32,000 nucleotides of DNA from Demequinaceae bacterium (GCA_965250005.1 OZ252279.1:120001-152000), one strand, 5' to 3'. Counted from the first letter of the stretch, positions 1 to 9,758 are shown. Program-made: numbers and translations. Notes: a model not told the origin generated them from the letters alone.

Positions 1-86
1 ACGATGCTATCCGCGCGCGGAGAGGCGCAACATCAGGGAGCACCCCGACCCCGCACGGGGGAGGCCCGAAGTGGCTTGCGTGTGTC

Positions 87-467
87 TTAGGAGCGGGATG
101 CGATTGCGATTGCCACGAGGGCGATCGCAGGCAGCGTGCCCTGCACGACTGCTCCGCGCCACAGCCTGGGGAACCGCCATACCAGCACGATTGCCGCTCC
201 AGCCATGTACGCCATGCTGTAGATGAGTAGCGTGTTCGAGTCGCTCTGCGCCGCCATCCACGCACCCACAAGCGCGCCTATAGCGAGGAATAGGTTGTAG
301 AACCCCTGGTTGAAGAACACGCCTTCTTGCGCGAGCGCGTCTTCGGCGCTGCGCGCACCAAACAGGCGCCACACGGGCTCACGCTTCCACAGGAGCGACT
401 CCAGCATCCAGATCCCAATGTGGACGAGTCCTGCGAGGGAGGCAGCAACGACGGCGAAGGTAATCAT
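87..467 (-). CDS. DUF1304-like small integral membrane protein
   Basis: The 126-aa ORF has about four hydrophobic segments. The motifs 'HIGIWMLESLLW' and 'FNQGFYNLFLAIG' resemble the DUF1304 family as I recall it. The overlapping ORFs at 7..372 and 310..558 are Arg/Pro-rich shadow frames. Confidence 0.7.
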   Translation of the reverse strand: MITFAVVAASLAGLVHIGIWMLESLLWKREPVWRLFGARSAEDALAQEGVFFNQGFYNLFLAIGALVGAWMAAQSDSNTLLIYSMAYMAGAAIVLVWRFPRLWRGAVVQGTLPAIALVAIAIASRS

Positions 468-526
468 GCGCCGAGCCTACGCGGGTGGGCCCCACAGGGC
501 CCACCCGCCAGCGAACTTAGGTCTCG

Positions 527-901
527 CTACTCGGGCAAACCTTCGAGGACCGAGATGATGTTTCCGGCCGGATCCTTGAACCACGCCACGCCCGGCGCCG
601 TCGTCCGATCGATGCCCTTGGCGTCGGTGTTGGGGTATATCTCCATCGTGACGCCGCCGGCGACGAGGCTGTCAACGGCCTCCTCCACGCTGTCAACAGG
701 GATGTTAAGGCAGGTGTACACAGCCGCGACGTGGTCAGGCTTGTCGTACGCCATCAGGGTGCCGCCTCCGTGCGTGATCATCAAAAACCCCTCGTTCATG
801 GTGACGTCGAAGCCAAGGACTTCGCTGTAGAACTTCTTGCCCGCCTCGAGGTCGGGCATGGAGACGCTGCTGAATGACTTTGCTTTTGCGAACATGTTCA
901 C
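527..901 (-). CDS. VOC/glyoxalase-bleomycin-resistance family protein
   Basis: The 124-aa ORF has an N-terminal 'LEAGKKFYSEVLGFDV' and a C-terminal 'AWFKDPAGNIISVLE', which are typical beta-alpha-beta-beta-beta VOC modules. Size and layout fit a single-domain VOC protein. Confidence 0.75.
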   Translation of the reverse strand: MNMFAKAKSFSSVSMPDLEAGKKFYSEVLGFDVTMNEGFLMITHGGGTLMAYDKPDHVAAVYTCLNIPVDSVEEAVDSLVAGGVTMEIYPNTDAKGIDRTTAPGVAWFKDPAGNIISVLEGLPE

Positions 902-979
902 TCCTTGTGATCTTCATTGATCAGTGCCGTTGATTGCACTATGGGATGGGGTACTTCTGCACGCAACGAGCCCCGTGGA

Positions 980-2200
980 CTACGCAACCTCCTCCACGGT
1001 GACTCGCACGATTCTGTCGTCCCCGTCTCGGGGGCCGCCGTTGCCATCAGTGTTGCTCGTCATGACGTAGAGCGCTCCGTCGGGCCCCCACGACACGGCT
1101 CGGATTCGACCCAAGTCGTCGAGGAGCACGTGCGGCGTGCCGACCCCCTGGCCGACTAGCGGGATCCGCCACACGCGAGAGCCGCGGAGCGCGCCCATGT
1201 AGATCGCCTCGTCGGTGACGGCGATCCCCGAAGGGGACGCCTGATCCGTTGGCCACGTAGCGACGGGGTACGTGAGCCCCTCGACTGTTGCGCCCAGCTC
1301 GGTTCCGTTGGGGGAGCCGAACAGCCCCTCAACGGTGGGCCAACCGTAGTTTGCGCCGGCGACTATTTGGTTGAGTTCGTCCTGTTCATTCTGGCCGAGC
1401 TCGGAGGCGAACATTCGCCCGTCCGGTGACCACCCCAGGCCCTGGACATTGCGGTGTCCCCAACTCCAGATGCGCGTGCCAAACGGGTTGCCCGGCGCGG
1501 CTTCACCGTCGTTAGCACCGCCGTCGGCGACGACGCGCAGGATCTTGCCCGCGAGAGAGTCGAGATCCTGCGCGAGGGGCTTATTGGCCGCGTCTCCCGT
1601 TGCGATGTAGAGGTATCCGTCGGGACCGAACCGGATTCGGCCGCCGTCGTGGTTGTGTGCCTTCGGGATTCCTGACAGGATCACGGTCGCCGGGCCGAGC
1701 GTGTCGCCGGATACCTCCATGCGCACCACCGTGTTGCCCGAATCGCGCGTGACGTATGCGAACAGCAGAGTTGGGTCGTCGGGATGCAGGGCCAGGCCTA
1801 GAAGTCCAGCTTCGCGCGCGTTGTAGAGCGCGGATTGCAGGTCGTCCGCGCCAGCTCCGGTGAGCTCAGTGACGGTGGCGCCGTCGACTCGCAGAATCTT
1901 GGCCTGATCACGCAGTGAGATTAGTGGCGTCCCGTGCGGTTCCCAAGCGATGTCCCATGGCGCGGCGAGTCCCGTGACCCAGTCCTCGCGGGCGTCGACT
2001 CTCGCGAGCGCAGCGCCTTCGACGACGCTTGGCCCGGGCTCCGTAGGCGCGATTTCGCCCGCACCCGCAGAAATCGCCGGGATGGGGCTGGCCGAGGGGG
2101 AGGGCGAGGGCGCGGGCTCTGTGGCGCAGGCCGTCAGCGCGAGCAGCAGCCCGGTCAGTGCCGCGGTAGCGGTGGCACGAGCGCTCGAGGCATCGCTCAT
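980..2200 (-). CDS. PQQ-dependent sugar (glucose/sorbosone) dehydrogenase-like beta-propeller lipoprotein
   Basis: The 406-aa ORF has a signal peptide with lipobox 'LALTAC'. Family motifs are 'HNHDGGRIRFGPDGYLYIATGD', 'WSWGHRNVQGLGW' and 'DELNQIVAGANYGWP', typical of soluble aldose/sorbosone dehydrogenases (YliI/sGDH-like). Confidence 0.8.
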   Translation of the reverse strand: MSDASSARATATAALTGLLLALTACATEPAPSPSPSASPIPAISAGAGEIAPTEPGPSVVEGAALARVDAREDWVTGLAAPWDIAWEPHGTPLISLRDQAKILRVDGATVTELTGAGADDLQSALYNAREAGLLGLALHPDDPTLLFAYVTRDSGNTVVRMEVSGDTLGPATVILSGIPKAHNHDGGRIRFGPDGYLYIATGDAANKPLAQDLDSLAGKILRVVADGGANDGEAAPGNPFGTRIWSWGHRNVQGLGWSPDGRMFASELGQNEQDELNQIVAGANYGWPTVEGLFGSPNGTELGATVEGLTYPVATWPTDQASPSGIAVTDEAIYMGALRGSRVWRIPLVGQGVGTPHVLLDDLGRIRAVSWGPDGALYVMTSNTDGNGGPRDGDDRIVRVTVEEVA

Positions 2201-2407
2201 AACTCCACGCTAACCCGCCTCGCCCCCGCGCGGCAGGGGGAAGTTTGCGAAAGACGCTGCGCGCGGCGGAGCAGCGCCCACTAAGAGCCGAGGGCCGCCG
2301 GTCGTATCCCTCAGCACGGTATTCGCGCCCGACGCTGGGACCGCACGGCACGGCGATCGGCCCGCGTAGGCGCCTCCACACCGTCTGAGGCGCGCAATAC
2401 AGGAGCC

Positions 2408-2770
2408 ATGTCCGTCTCTGTCGACCAAGTTGTGGAGTTCGCCACCACGCTGGCGCGCACGGATTTCATCGGGTCCGGCAGCCGCCGGAGGTTGCGCGTC
2501 GACTCGAATGTCTACGCTGTGTTCTCCGAGGACGGCGAACGCATGGGGTTTGCCTACCCCAAGGAGGAGCGGGACGCGCTCGTCGCATCGGATCAAGCGA
2601 AATTCGAGCAACCTCGTGAAAGCGACCTGAAGTACAACTGGGTGGTCGCGAACCTCGGCGCGATCGACATAGACGAGGCCCAGGAACTCGTCATGGATGC
2701 ATGGGGGCTCGTGGTCCCCAAGTTTCTATTCAAAGCGCGACTTGAAGAACTGGGCGTCTCTGGCGACTAG
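2408..2770 (+). CDS. Small conserved hypothetical protein, possibly MmcQ/YjbR-like
   Basis: The 120-aa ORF has a good SD ('acaggag') 5 nt before the ATG. Its acidic composition looks like real coding sequence. The pattern 'KYNWVVANL...DEAQELVMDAWGLVVPK' loosely resembles the YjbR fold family. The function call is weak. Confidence 0.55.
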   Translation: MSVSVDQVVEFATTLARTDFIGSGSRRRLRVDSNVYAVFSEDGERMGFAYPKEERDALVASDQAKFEQPRESDLKYNWVVANLGAIDIDEAQELVMDAWGLVVPKFLFKARLEELGVSGD

Positions 2771-2839
2771 CTGGGCCCGTGATTGGGGACGTATGCCGGG
2801 TTCGCGCCATCGAGTCAGGCGAGCGGTTACACTTGCCAC

Positions 2840-3101
2840 CACAAGCGCTGACCCGGCCATCACCGGTGAGCTTCCGGAAGAACAGCCCGGCCCCTATGGC
2901 CTGGCCCAGTAGAGCCGGACGGGCAAGCCCGTCACAGCGAGTCGCCCTCGGGCGGCACGAGCGGCCGCGCCACCCGGAATCGGGAGGCAACGCAAGCGGG
3001 GTGGTACCGCGCAACTCGCCAGGCTTACGCCCGGCAGGCAAGCGTCCTCGCAGCAGCAGTGCTTGAGACCACCCGCTACGCCGCTAAGGAAACGCCTCGA
3101 C
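2840..3101 (+). promoter_or_regulatory. T-box riboswitch leader of ileS (5' boundary uncertain)
   Basis: An exact match to the conserved T-box core 'GGGUGGUACCGCG' lies at 2999..3011, with 'AGCG' preceding it from 2995. It sits in a roughly 330-nt untranslated gap upstream of ileS. A downstream segment 'ACCACCCGCU' (3068..3077) is complementary to the 5' half of the T-box and lies about 10 nt before the SD 'AAGGA' (3086..3090). AUC triplets at 2859..2861 (followed by A) and 2979..2981 are possible Ile specifiers. I could not fold Stem I by eye. Confidence 0.6.
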
Positions 3102-6100
3102 ATGACTGACTCGACTGCCGCATCGGCCGCCGCCAGCTACCCCCTGCACCGCGACGGAGCGATTGTCGCCTCGCCCAAGTTCCCGGATATCGAGGGCGAC
3201 GTACTCGCGTACTGGAAGTCCGACGGCACGTTCCAGAAGTCCATCGACCAGCGCGCGGATGCCGAGGAGTTCGTCTTCTACGATGGCCCGCCGTTCGCGA
3301 ACGGGCTGCCGCACTACGGCCACCTGCTTACCGGTTACGCCAAGGATGTGGTGCCGCGCTACCAGACGATGCGCGGTAAGCGCGTGGAGCGCCGCTTTGG
3401 CTGGGACACGCACGGGCTGCCGGCTGAGCTCGAGGCGGAGCGCGTCCTTGGCATCACGGACAAGAGCCAGATCGACCAGATGGGCATCGCCGCATTCAAC
3501 AAGCAGTGCCGCGAGTCGGTCCTCAAGTACACGGACGAGTGGGAAACCTACGTCACGCGCCAGGCGCGGTGGGTGGACTTCGAAAACGACTACAAGACGC
3601 TCGACGTGAACTACATGGAGTCCGTGATCTGGGGCTTCAAGCAGTTGCACGACAAGGGCCTCGCGTACGAGGGCCACAAGGTGCTGCCGTACTGCTGGCG
3701 CGACGAGACGCCGCTGTCCAACCACGAGCTACGCATGGACGACGACGTCTACCAGATGCGCCAGGACCCGGCGCTGACCGTGCTGCTGCCGCTCGTCGAC
3801 GCTTCCGGCGACCTTGCTGACGCCTTCGTTCTCATTTGGACCACCACTCCGTGGACGCTGCCGTCCAACCTTGCCGCGGCCGTGGGCCCTGAGGTCGAAT
3901 ACTCCGTCGTAGAACCGACCGCGGGTGCGTTCGCAGGCCGCCGGGTGGTGCTCGCGTCCGCGCGCGTGTCCGCCTACGAGCGCGAGCTCGGGGAGGACGC
4001 CGCCGTGCGCGCGACCATCACCGGCGCGGACCTCGTCGGCCTTAAGTACGAGCCGCCGTTCGGCCACTTCAAGGCCATCGAGAACGCCCACCGCATCCTC
4101 GCTGCGGACTTCGTGACAACCGAGGATGGCACGGGAATTGTCCACCTCGCCCCCGGATTCGGTGAGGACGACGCAGCTGTGTGCCAGGAGGCCGGCATCG
4201 AGACTGTCGTCCCTATCGACTCCAAGGGCCGCTTCACGTCCGAGGTCCCCGAGTATGAAGGCCAGCAGGTGTTCGACGCGAACAAGCCGATCATCGAGGA
4301 CCTCAAGGCCGCTGGCATCATCCTGCGCCACGAGACATACGACCACAGTTACCCGCACTGCTGGCGCTGCCGCAACCCGCTCATCTACCGGGCGATCGGC
4401 TCGTGGTTTGTGCGCGTAACGGACTTCCGCGACCGCATGGTCGAGCTGAACGAGGACATCACCTGGGTGCCCGAGCACATCAAGGACGGCCAGTTTGGCA
4501 AGTGGCTGGCCGGGGCGCGCGACTGGTCCATCAGCCGCAACCGCTACTTCGGCACTCCCATCCCCGTGTGGCAGAGCGACAACCCCGACTATCCGCGCAT
4601 CGACGTCTACGGCTCGCTTGAGGACATCAAGAAGGACTTTGGCCGCCTGCCGGTCAACGAGTCGGGCGAGCCGGACCTCCACCGGCCCTACATTGACGAC
4701 CTAGTGCGTGCCAACCCGGACGACCCGTCCGGCGAGTCCATGATGCGCCGCATCCCCGACGTGCTCGACGTGTGGTTCGACTCCGGCTCGATGCCGTTCG
4801 CGCAGGTCCACTACCCGTTCGAGAACGCCGAGAAGTTCGAGGCGCACTACCCGGGCGACTTCATCGTCGAGTACATCGGGCAGACCCGCGGGTGGTTCTA
4901 CACGCTACACGCACTTGCGACCGCACTATTCGACAAGCCCAGCTTCAGAACCTGCGTGAGCCACGGCATCGTCCTCGGCAGCGACGGCCGCAAGATGTCG
5001 AAGTCCCTCCAGAACTACCCTGACGTCAACGAGGTGTTCCACCGCGACGGCTCCGACGCGATGCGCTGGTTCCTCATGAGCTCGCCCATTCTGCGCGGCG
5101 GCAACCTGGTGGTCACCGAGGAGGGTATCCGCGACTCGGTTCGCCAGGTGCTGCTCCCGCTGTGGAGCACCTACTATTTCTTCACGCTCTACGCCGGTGC
5201 TGCTGATTCCGGCGCCGGGTATCGCGCGCGCCGCATCGCCGATGCTGAAGTCGCCGAGCTCCCAGAGATGGACAGGTATGTGCTCGCCAAGGTCGCGGAG
5301 CTGGTGGACGAGGTCGCCGAGCTCATGGATGCCTACGACGTGCCGGACGCGTGCAAGGCCGTCGAGAGCTTCCTCGACCTGCTGACCAACTGGTACGTGC
5401 GTACCCAGCGCGCCCGCTTCTGGGACGAGGACGAGGTGGCGTTCAACACGCTGTTCACCGTCCTGGAAACGCTCACGCACGTGATGGCGCCGCTTGCGCC
5501 GCTGGTCTCGGAAGAGGTCTGGCGTGGGCTTACCGGCGGGCGCTCCGTGCACTTGGCCGACTGGCCGGAGGTGCCCAAGAAGTGGCGCGACGCGACCCTC
5601 GCACCTGCGATGGATGAAGTGCGGCGCATTGTGTCGGTTGCCCACTCGCTTCGAAAAATCAATCAGATTCGTGTCCGCCAACCGCTTGAGTCTTTGCGGG
5701 TGCTGCCCGACGCGGAGACGATCGGCTCTAAAGTGCTCGAACCGTATGCGGGCCTCATCTCCCAGGAACTCAACGTGCGCGGTGTTCGATTCTCCGTGCC
5801 AGGGGGATCTTCGGACACGTTGGGAGTCGAAGTTGAGAAAGTGCTGTCAGTTGACGCTCGTGCTGCCGGCCCTCGGATCGGACAGCAGGTGCAAGCCGCG
5901 ATCAAGGGCTCGAAGACGGGCGACTGGTCTGTCGACGGTGATACCGCAATCAGTGGCGGGGTAGTTCTCGAGCCCGGGGAATTCAAACTCGATTCTCAGG
6001 TCAACGTTTCGGGAGACGGCGTGGCGGCCGCAGTCCTCGGCGAAACTGGTCTCGTCGTGCTCGACACCACGCTCACGCCCGAGCTCGAGGCCGAGGGCTT

Positions 6101-6329
6101 CGCGCGCGACGTGATCCGCGTGGTCCAGGACGAGCGCAAGCGGCTCGACCTCAACGTGATCGACCGGATCAAGTTGACGCTCACCGTCCCGGCCGACAAG
6201 GTCGCGGCGGTCCAGGCGCACCTCGAACTTATCGCCGGCGAGACGCTCGCGCAGGATCGGGAGACCGGAGCCGCTCGGGTTGGTGTTGCGGCGGGCGCCG
6301 AGCTTGCTGCAGTAGTGGAGGCTCTCTAG
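3102..6329 (+). CDS. ileS: Isoleucine--tRNA ligase, type 2 (eukaryote-like/actinobacterial form)
   Basis: The ORF carries the class I signature 'PHYGHLL' (HIGH) and 'KMSKS' ('[12 protein letters not shown]'), plus the '[11 protein letters not shown]' editing-domain region. The C-terminus is long and Cys-free, as in the type 2 enzyme. I prefer the ATG at 3102 ('MTDSTAAS') over the track's TTG at 3063, because 3063..3101 overlaps the T-box 3' elements and the SD. Confidence 0.97.
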   Translation: MTDSTAASAAASYPLHRDGAIVASPKFPDIEGDVLAYWKSDGTFQKSIDQRADAEEFVFYDGPPFANGLPHYGHLLTGYAKDVVPRYQTMRGKRVERRFGWDTHGLPAELEAERVLGITDKSQIDQMGIAAFNKQCRESVLKYTDEWETYVTRQARWVDFENDYKTLDVNYMESVIWGFKQLHDKGLAYEGHKVLPYCWRDETPLSNHELRMDDDVYQMRQDPALTVLLPLVDASGDLADAFVLIWTTTPWTLPSNLAAAVGPEVEYSVVEPTAGAFAGRRVVLASARVSAYERELGEDAAVRATITGADLVGLKYEPPFGHFKAIENAHRILAADFVTTEDGTGIVHLAPGFGEDDAAVCQEAGIETVVPIDSKGRFTSEVPEYEGQQVFDANKPIIEDLKAAGIILRHETYDHSYPHCWRCRNPLIYRAIGSWFVRVTDFRDRMVELNEDITWVPEHIKDGQFGKWLAGARDWSISRNRYFGTPIPVWQSDNPDYPRIDVYGSLEDIKKDFGRLPVNESGEPDLHRPYIDDLVRANPDDPSGESMMRRIPDVLDVWFDSGSMPFAQVHYPFENAEKFEAHYPGDFIVEYIGQTRGWFYTLHALATALFDKPSFRTCVSHGIVLGSDGRKMSKSLQNYPDVNEVFHRDGSDAMRWFLMSSPILRGGNLVVTEEGIRDSVRQVLLPLWSTYYFFTLYAGAADSGAGYRARRIADAEVAELPEMDRYVLAKVAELVDEVAELMDAYDVPDACKAVESFLDLLTNWYVRTQRARFWDEDEVAFNTLFTVLETLTHVMAPLAPLVSEEVWRGLTGGRSVHLADWPEVPKKWRDATLAPAMDEVRRIVSVAHSLRKINQIRVRQPLESLRVLPDAETIGSKVLEPYAGLISQELNVRGVRFSVPGGSSDTLGVEVEKVLSVDARAAGPRIGQQVQAAIKGSKTGDWSVDGDTAISGGVVLEPGEFKLDSQVNVSGDGVAAAVLGETGLVVLDTTLTPELEAEGFARDVIRVVQDERKRLDLNVIDRIKLTLTVPADKVAAVQAHLELIAGETLAQDRETGAARVGVAAGAELAAVVEAL

Positions 6330-6413
6330 CGCACCGAGTTCGACGCGCCCCTTCCGACGTTTTGTTACTACGGTTCGAATGCCGTCGAACACTCGGCCAA
6401 AAGGAGAGACGCC

Positions 6414-7196
6414 GTGCTACACCGACTGACTATCCCGTTCGCCTCCGCTGTCGCCGTGCTGGCGGCTGGATGCGCAGGGCCGGCGAGTCCCGTCGACGCG
6501 GACGCGCCCGTGGTCACCGCTGAGGCCGTGGCAGCCATTCAACTTGAGATGGACGGTGACCGATTTGAGCGCGGCGGCGAAGAGATACCTGTGAGCGAAT
6601 TGGGCTAGTACCTCTTGGCTGACCGGCCGCCCGAGTCCGTGGAGCCGGCTTCGTGCCGCGGCTGGCACGTGTCGCAATTCCTCTTTGCCGAGAGCGAAGC
6701 TGACGCGACCGACGCGATTCTGATCCTCGGCGTACTGCAGGTTGAGCGCGGTGAGCGGAACACGTATATGATCGTCACCGCCAGCGCCCGGGTATTCGCG
6801 TCGGGTGAGGAGGCGCGGACACTCTTCGACACAATCGAGGCCGACGCGCGGGCATGTCCAGATGGGTATGCGTCGGTTCAGTACAGCACCGCGCCGGGAG
6901 ACGGCGAGGTTCTCCGCGTGTCGTCGCCCGTGTCTGCCTCGACCGTTTCCATCGACCGAGCGCCTGGCCCGCACGGCTCGGTCGTGCTAACCGGGCGGTC
7001 GGTGGACGTCAAGGGCTTCTATGGGGACACCTACTCGACCGCGACGACCGTGTGGTCGTACGTTCTGGTCGGCAACGTCGTCGTGAGTCTCAACACGTTC
7101 GACGGTTACCAAGCAGTGCCCGCGGACGCCAAGGAGTTCGACGCGATTATTGAGCAGCTCACCGCGGCCGTGGATGCGGCCGCCGAGACCGCGTAG
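6414..7196 (+). pseudogene. PknH-like 'sensor domain' lipoprotein interrupted by an in-frame TAG (6606..6608)
   Basis: The GTG at 6414 has a strong SD 'AAGGAG' 6-7 nt upstream, and the product has lipobox 'LAAGC'. ORFs 6414..6608 and 6615..7196 are in the same frame (both coordinates are divisible by 3). Read through the TAG, they align colinearly with the downstream paralog: 'VSELG*YLLADRPPESVEPASCRGWHV' against 'SDVLAGIVADTPPESVEPVVCRERHV'. Confidence 0.65.
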
Positions 7197-7215
7197 CGGC
7201 GAACGGAAGGCAAGG

Positions 7216-7983
7216 ATGAAAGTCCATCCATCACAAGTCAGCGTGGCTCTGGTGGTAGCGGCGGTGCTCGCGGTGTCCGCGTGTGTTCCGCGCGCGGAGC
7301 AGCTGAGTGATGCTGGCTCCCAGTTGGCGACGTTGGGCACCTCAATTGACGGGATGCCCTTCGAGGCTGGCGCCGGTGACTCCTCGGCGTCCGACGTGCT
7401 CGCGGGGATCGTCGCCGACACCCCGCCCGAGAGCGTTGAGCCCGTCGTGTGTCGCGAGCGGCACGTGCTCAAGTGGATTGTGTCGGAGGAAGACGCGGAG
7501 AGTGATGACGACTTCGTCGACCTTGGTTTCGCCTCTCTCCCGATTGACGCATCGGGCCGATCTCAGTTCGTGTACGCGATGGGCCGGGCCTTTCGGTCAG
7601 AGGTTGACGCTCAGGCGTTCTTCGGCGACCTGACCGCGTCGTCGGCCCTGTGTGAGGCGGGATATTCGCACGACGCCTGGGACGCGGATGCCTCGCAAAC
7701 CGGAGAGTGGAAAGTGGTGCGCGAATCGGTGGGTCGTCGCGAGGCCGAACTCGTGGACGGACCAGATGGCGCGCGCGTGTTCCGCGGACTGTCGTTCGAC
7801 TCAGTCGTCATTTCGGGGGGCGAGCCTTCGGCGTCGAATGTGCGCTGGGCCTACGTTGTGTACGGCAACGTGATCGTGCATTTCCGGAGCTACGACACAG
7901 TCGAATCGGCGCCGCTGACGAGCGAGCAGCGCGACGGCCTAGTGGGCGCGATCGTCGACGCGCTCGCGGCTGCCGACGACTAG
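7216..7983 (+). CDS. PknH-like extracellular 'sensor domain' lipoprotein (paralog 2)
   Basis: The ATG at 7216 follows 'GGAAGG'. The signal peptide has lipobox 'LAVSAC'. A conserved Cys pair sits in 'VEPVVCRERH' and 'SSALCEAGY'. The motif 'RAFRSEVDAQAFFGDLTASSALC' resembles the PknH_C-family 'FpsaeaAaaFf....C' region. The C-terminal strand is 'WAYVVYGNVIVHFRSY'. Confidence 0.75.
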   Translation: MKVHPSQVSVALVVAAVLAVSACVPRAEQLSDAGSQLATLGTSIDGMPFEAGAGDSSASDVLAGIVADTPPESVEPVVCRERHVLKWIVSEEDAESDDDFVDLGFASLPIDASGRSQFVYAMGRAFRSEVDAQAFFGDLTASSALCEAGYSHDAWDADASQTGEWKVVRESVGRREAELVDGPDGARVFRGLSFDSVVISGGEPSASNVRWAYVVYGNVIVHFRSYDTVESAPLTSEQRDGLVGAIVDALAAADD

Positions 7984-8098
7984 GGGAGCCAACTGCGGCT
8001 GAACGGTCGTTGCTGGCGAAACTCGGCCAATGGGTGCATTTCGAGGTGGCGCTTGCTGGTCTCGTTGCGCACTCCGCGCACCTAGCGGCAGCCCGTTG

Positions 8099-8701
8099 TT
8101 AGCAGCTCCCGTTCTGGAGCCCTCGCTCGAATGAGTACTCGAACGTCTTGAGTTCGCCCTCGGGGTGCTCCAACCAGACGCACCAGTCGGTGAACCCGGT
8201 TCCGGTCGTGTCGCCGTAGACGACCCCGGCCGACTTGCCGACGTCTAGATCAGACTCGCCAAGGTCGATATGGAAGCGGTCGCCCTGCACAGTGATCTCG
8301 GGCGGGAGGCCATCGTGGTCCAAGTAGTAGGTCGCGATCTCCTTGGCGAGCGTCGAGACGTCGGCTTTGGCGGCCGCGTCGTACGCCAGCCGTTGTTGCT
8401 CCGCGACCTGTGGTGCCGCCATGACGGCTATCAACGCGATAGCGACGACCGCGGCGACGATGACCGACCCGCCGACGATCAAGCCGATCGCGAGGCCGCT
8501 GAGGCCCTTCTTGGCGGGCGTGGACTGCGCGGTTTGCGTGGCCTGCGCAGCCTGTGCGGGCTCTGCAGTCTGCGCCGGCTGCGCAGGACTGGTGTGCTCC
8601 GTCCAGGTGGCACCGTCCCAGTACCTCAGGAGCGCGGGGTCCTTGGGATCCGGATACCAGTCCGGGGGAGGGGTGGTGGGGCCTTGGGCTCCAGTGCCCA
8701 T
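8099..8701 (-). CDS. DUF2510-domain / single-TM / pilin-like C-terminal domain protein
   Basis: The 200-aa ORF has an N-terminal 'WYPDPKDPALLRYWDGATWTEH', which is the DUF2510 signature. A Q/A/T-rich linker follows, then the TM segment 'LAIGLIVGGSVIVAAVVAIALIAVMAA'. The extracytoplasmic part 'AYDAAAKADVSTLAKEIATYY...' ends with two Cys ('DWCVW...NGSC'). Confidence 0.75.
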   Translation of the reverse strand: MGTGAQGPTTPPPDWYPDPKDPALLRYWDGATWTEHTSPAQPAQTAEPAQAAQATQTAQSTPAKKGLSGLAIGLIVGGSVIVAAVVAIALIAVMAAPQVAEQQRLAYDAAAKADVSTLAKEIATYYLDHDGLPPEITVQGDRFHIDLGESDLDVGKSAGVVYGDTTGTGFTDWCVWLEHPEGELKTFEYSFERGLQNGSC

Positions 8702-8924
8702 AGGAGTGCCTGCGCTTTCATCGTGGGCGATCGAGACTCAGGCTAGCGGCGATTGCTCTGAACTGCCTGTCGAGCGAATCGCGCCGGCTAGTCCGTCAGG
8801 GTCGCCATGAGGTCACGCAGCAGGTCGAGCGCGCCATCGGCTCCACGCTGCTAAGCGAAATGGCGCGGCGGCTGCTACTTTTGATCTGGCTGAGGTTTTC
8901 GCCGTCTAACGTTGCGGAGGTCTC

Positions 8925-9758
8925 ATGTTTACGTCCCGAAGGATCGCCGTTCCCACGGTCGTTGCCGCGCTCGCCGTGAGTCTCGGCGCCTGCAACCCGC
9001 CCGCCGCGGACCCGTCTGCCAGTCCCGCGCCTGTCGTCACCGTGACTACGGCAGCGCAGGCTCCGTCTGCGACACTGTCTGGCCCAGAGCCGGTCACGTC
9101 CGCCCCAGCGCCCGTCGCTGTGGTGCACACGGTGCCTGAGGTCTCGTCGTTCGTTTTCGTTGGCGACGGTTTCACCTGGAACCCTACGATCTTTACGGAC
9201 ACTGCCATCGGCTCCTTCACGCAGACCGCCACGTACTGGAATGCGGGCAACATCTCCCCAGCGAGTTGCCTAGACGTGACTCTCGCGGAGCAAATGGTCA
9301 TGCCCGCGGATGGCGCCCCAGGGCCCACCGGTGCGGACACGATCCTTGACCTCGGGTTTGCCGAGCAGTCCGCCCCCGCGCAGCCCACCCGCATCTACGC
9401 AAGGGTGTTCCCGAATGCCGCAGCCGCCGAGGTGTTCGCAGCGTTTGTGGCATCATCTGCCGTTTCATGCCTGAGCTACTCCTACACGGCCGACAACTAC
9501 GAGGCGATCACCGGCGCAGTGGTGCATGCTGACGTCACCCTGCCCACGGTCGGGCACCTGCAGACGGTGTCGAAGGAGGGCGTCACCACCTACTTCGACG
9601 GTGTGCTCGACAGCGCCATCGCGGGGATGAACTGGCTCAGCTACGTGGTCGTAGACCACAACGTGGTCCTGTCAGTGCAGTTCGGCCGTAAGGCGACGCC
9701 ACACCTCGACGCCTACGCAATCGACGTGATCGACCAGTTCCTCAACCACTTGGACTGA
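8925..9758 (+). CDS. PknH-like extracellular 'sensor domain' lipoprotein (paralog 3)
   Basis: The SD 'GCGGAGG' precedes the ATG. The lipobox is 'SLGAC', followed by a Pro/Ala/Ser-rich linker. It shares landmarks with 6414 and 7216: 'ISPASCLDV', 'ARVFPNAAAAEVFAAFVASSAVSC' and 'WLSYVVVDHNVVLSVQF'. Confidence 0.75.
   Translation: MFTSRRIAVPTVVAALAVSLGACNPPAADPSASPAPVVTVTTAAQAPSATLSGPEPVTSAPAPVAVVHTVPEVSSFVFVGDGFTWNPTIFTDTAIGSFTQTATYWNAGNISPASCLDVTLAEQMVMPADGAPGPTGADTILDLGFAEQSAPAQPTRIYARVFPNAAAAEVFAAFVASSAVSCLSYSYTADNYEAITGAVVHADVTLPTVGHLQTVSKEGVTTYFDGVLDSAIAGMNWLSYVVVDHNVVLSVQFGRKATPHLDAYAIDVIDQFLNHLD

Noticed and set aside
7-372. A 121-aa minus-strand ORF at the window start.
   Set aside because: It has an Arg-rich shadow-frame composition and overlaps the better-supported DUF1304-like gene (87..467) on the same strand in another frame.
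3063-3101. The track's TTG start, which extends ileS by 13 codons ([13 protein letters not shown]).
   Set aside because: The extension overlaps the T-box 3' complementary segment and the SD 'AAGGA'. The ATG at 3102 gives a normal IleRS N-terminus.
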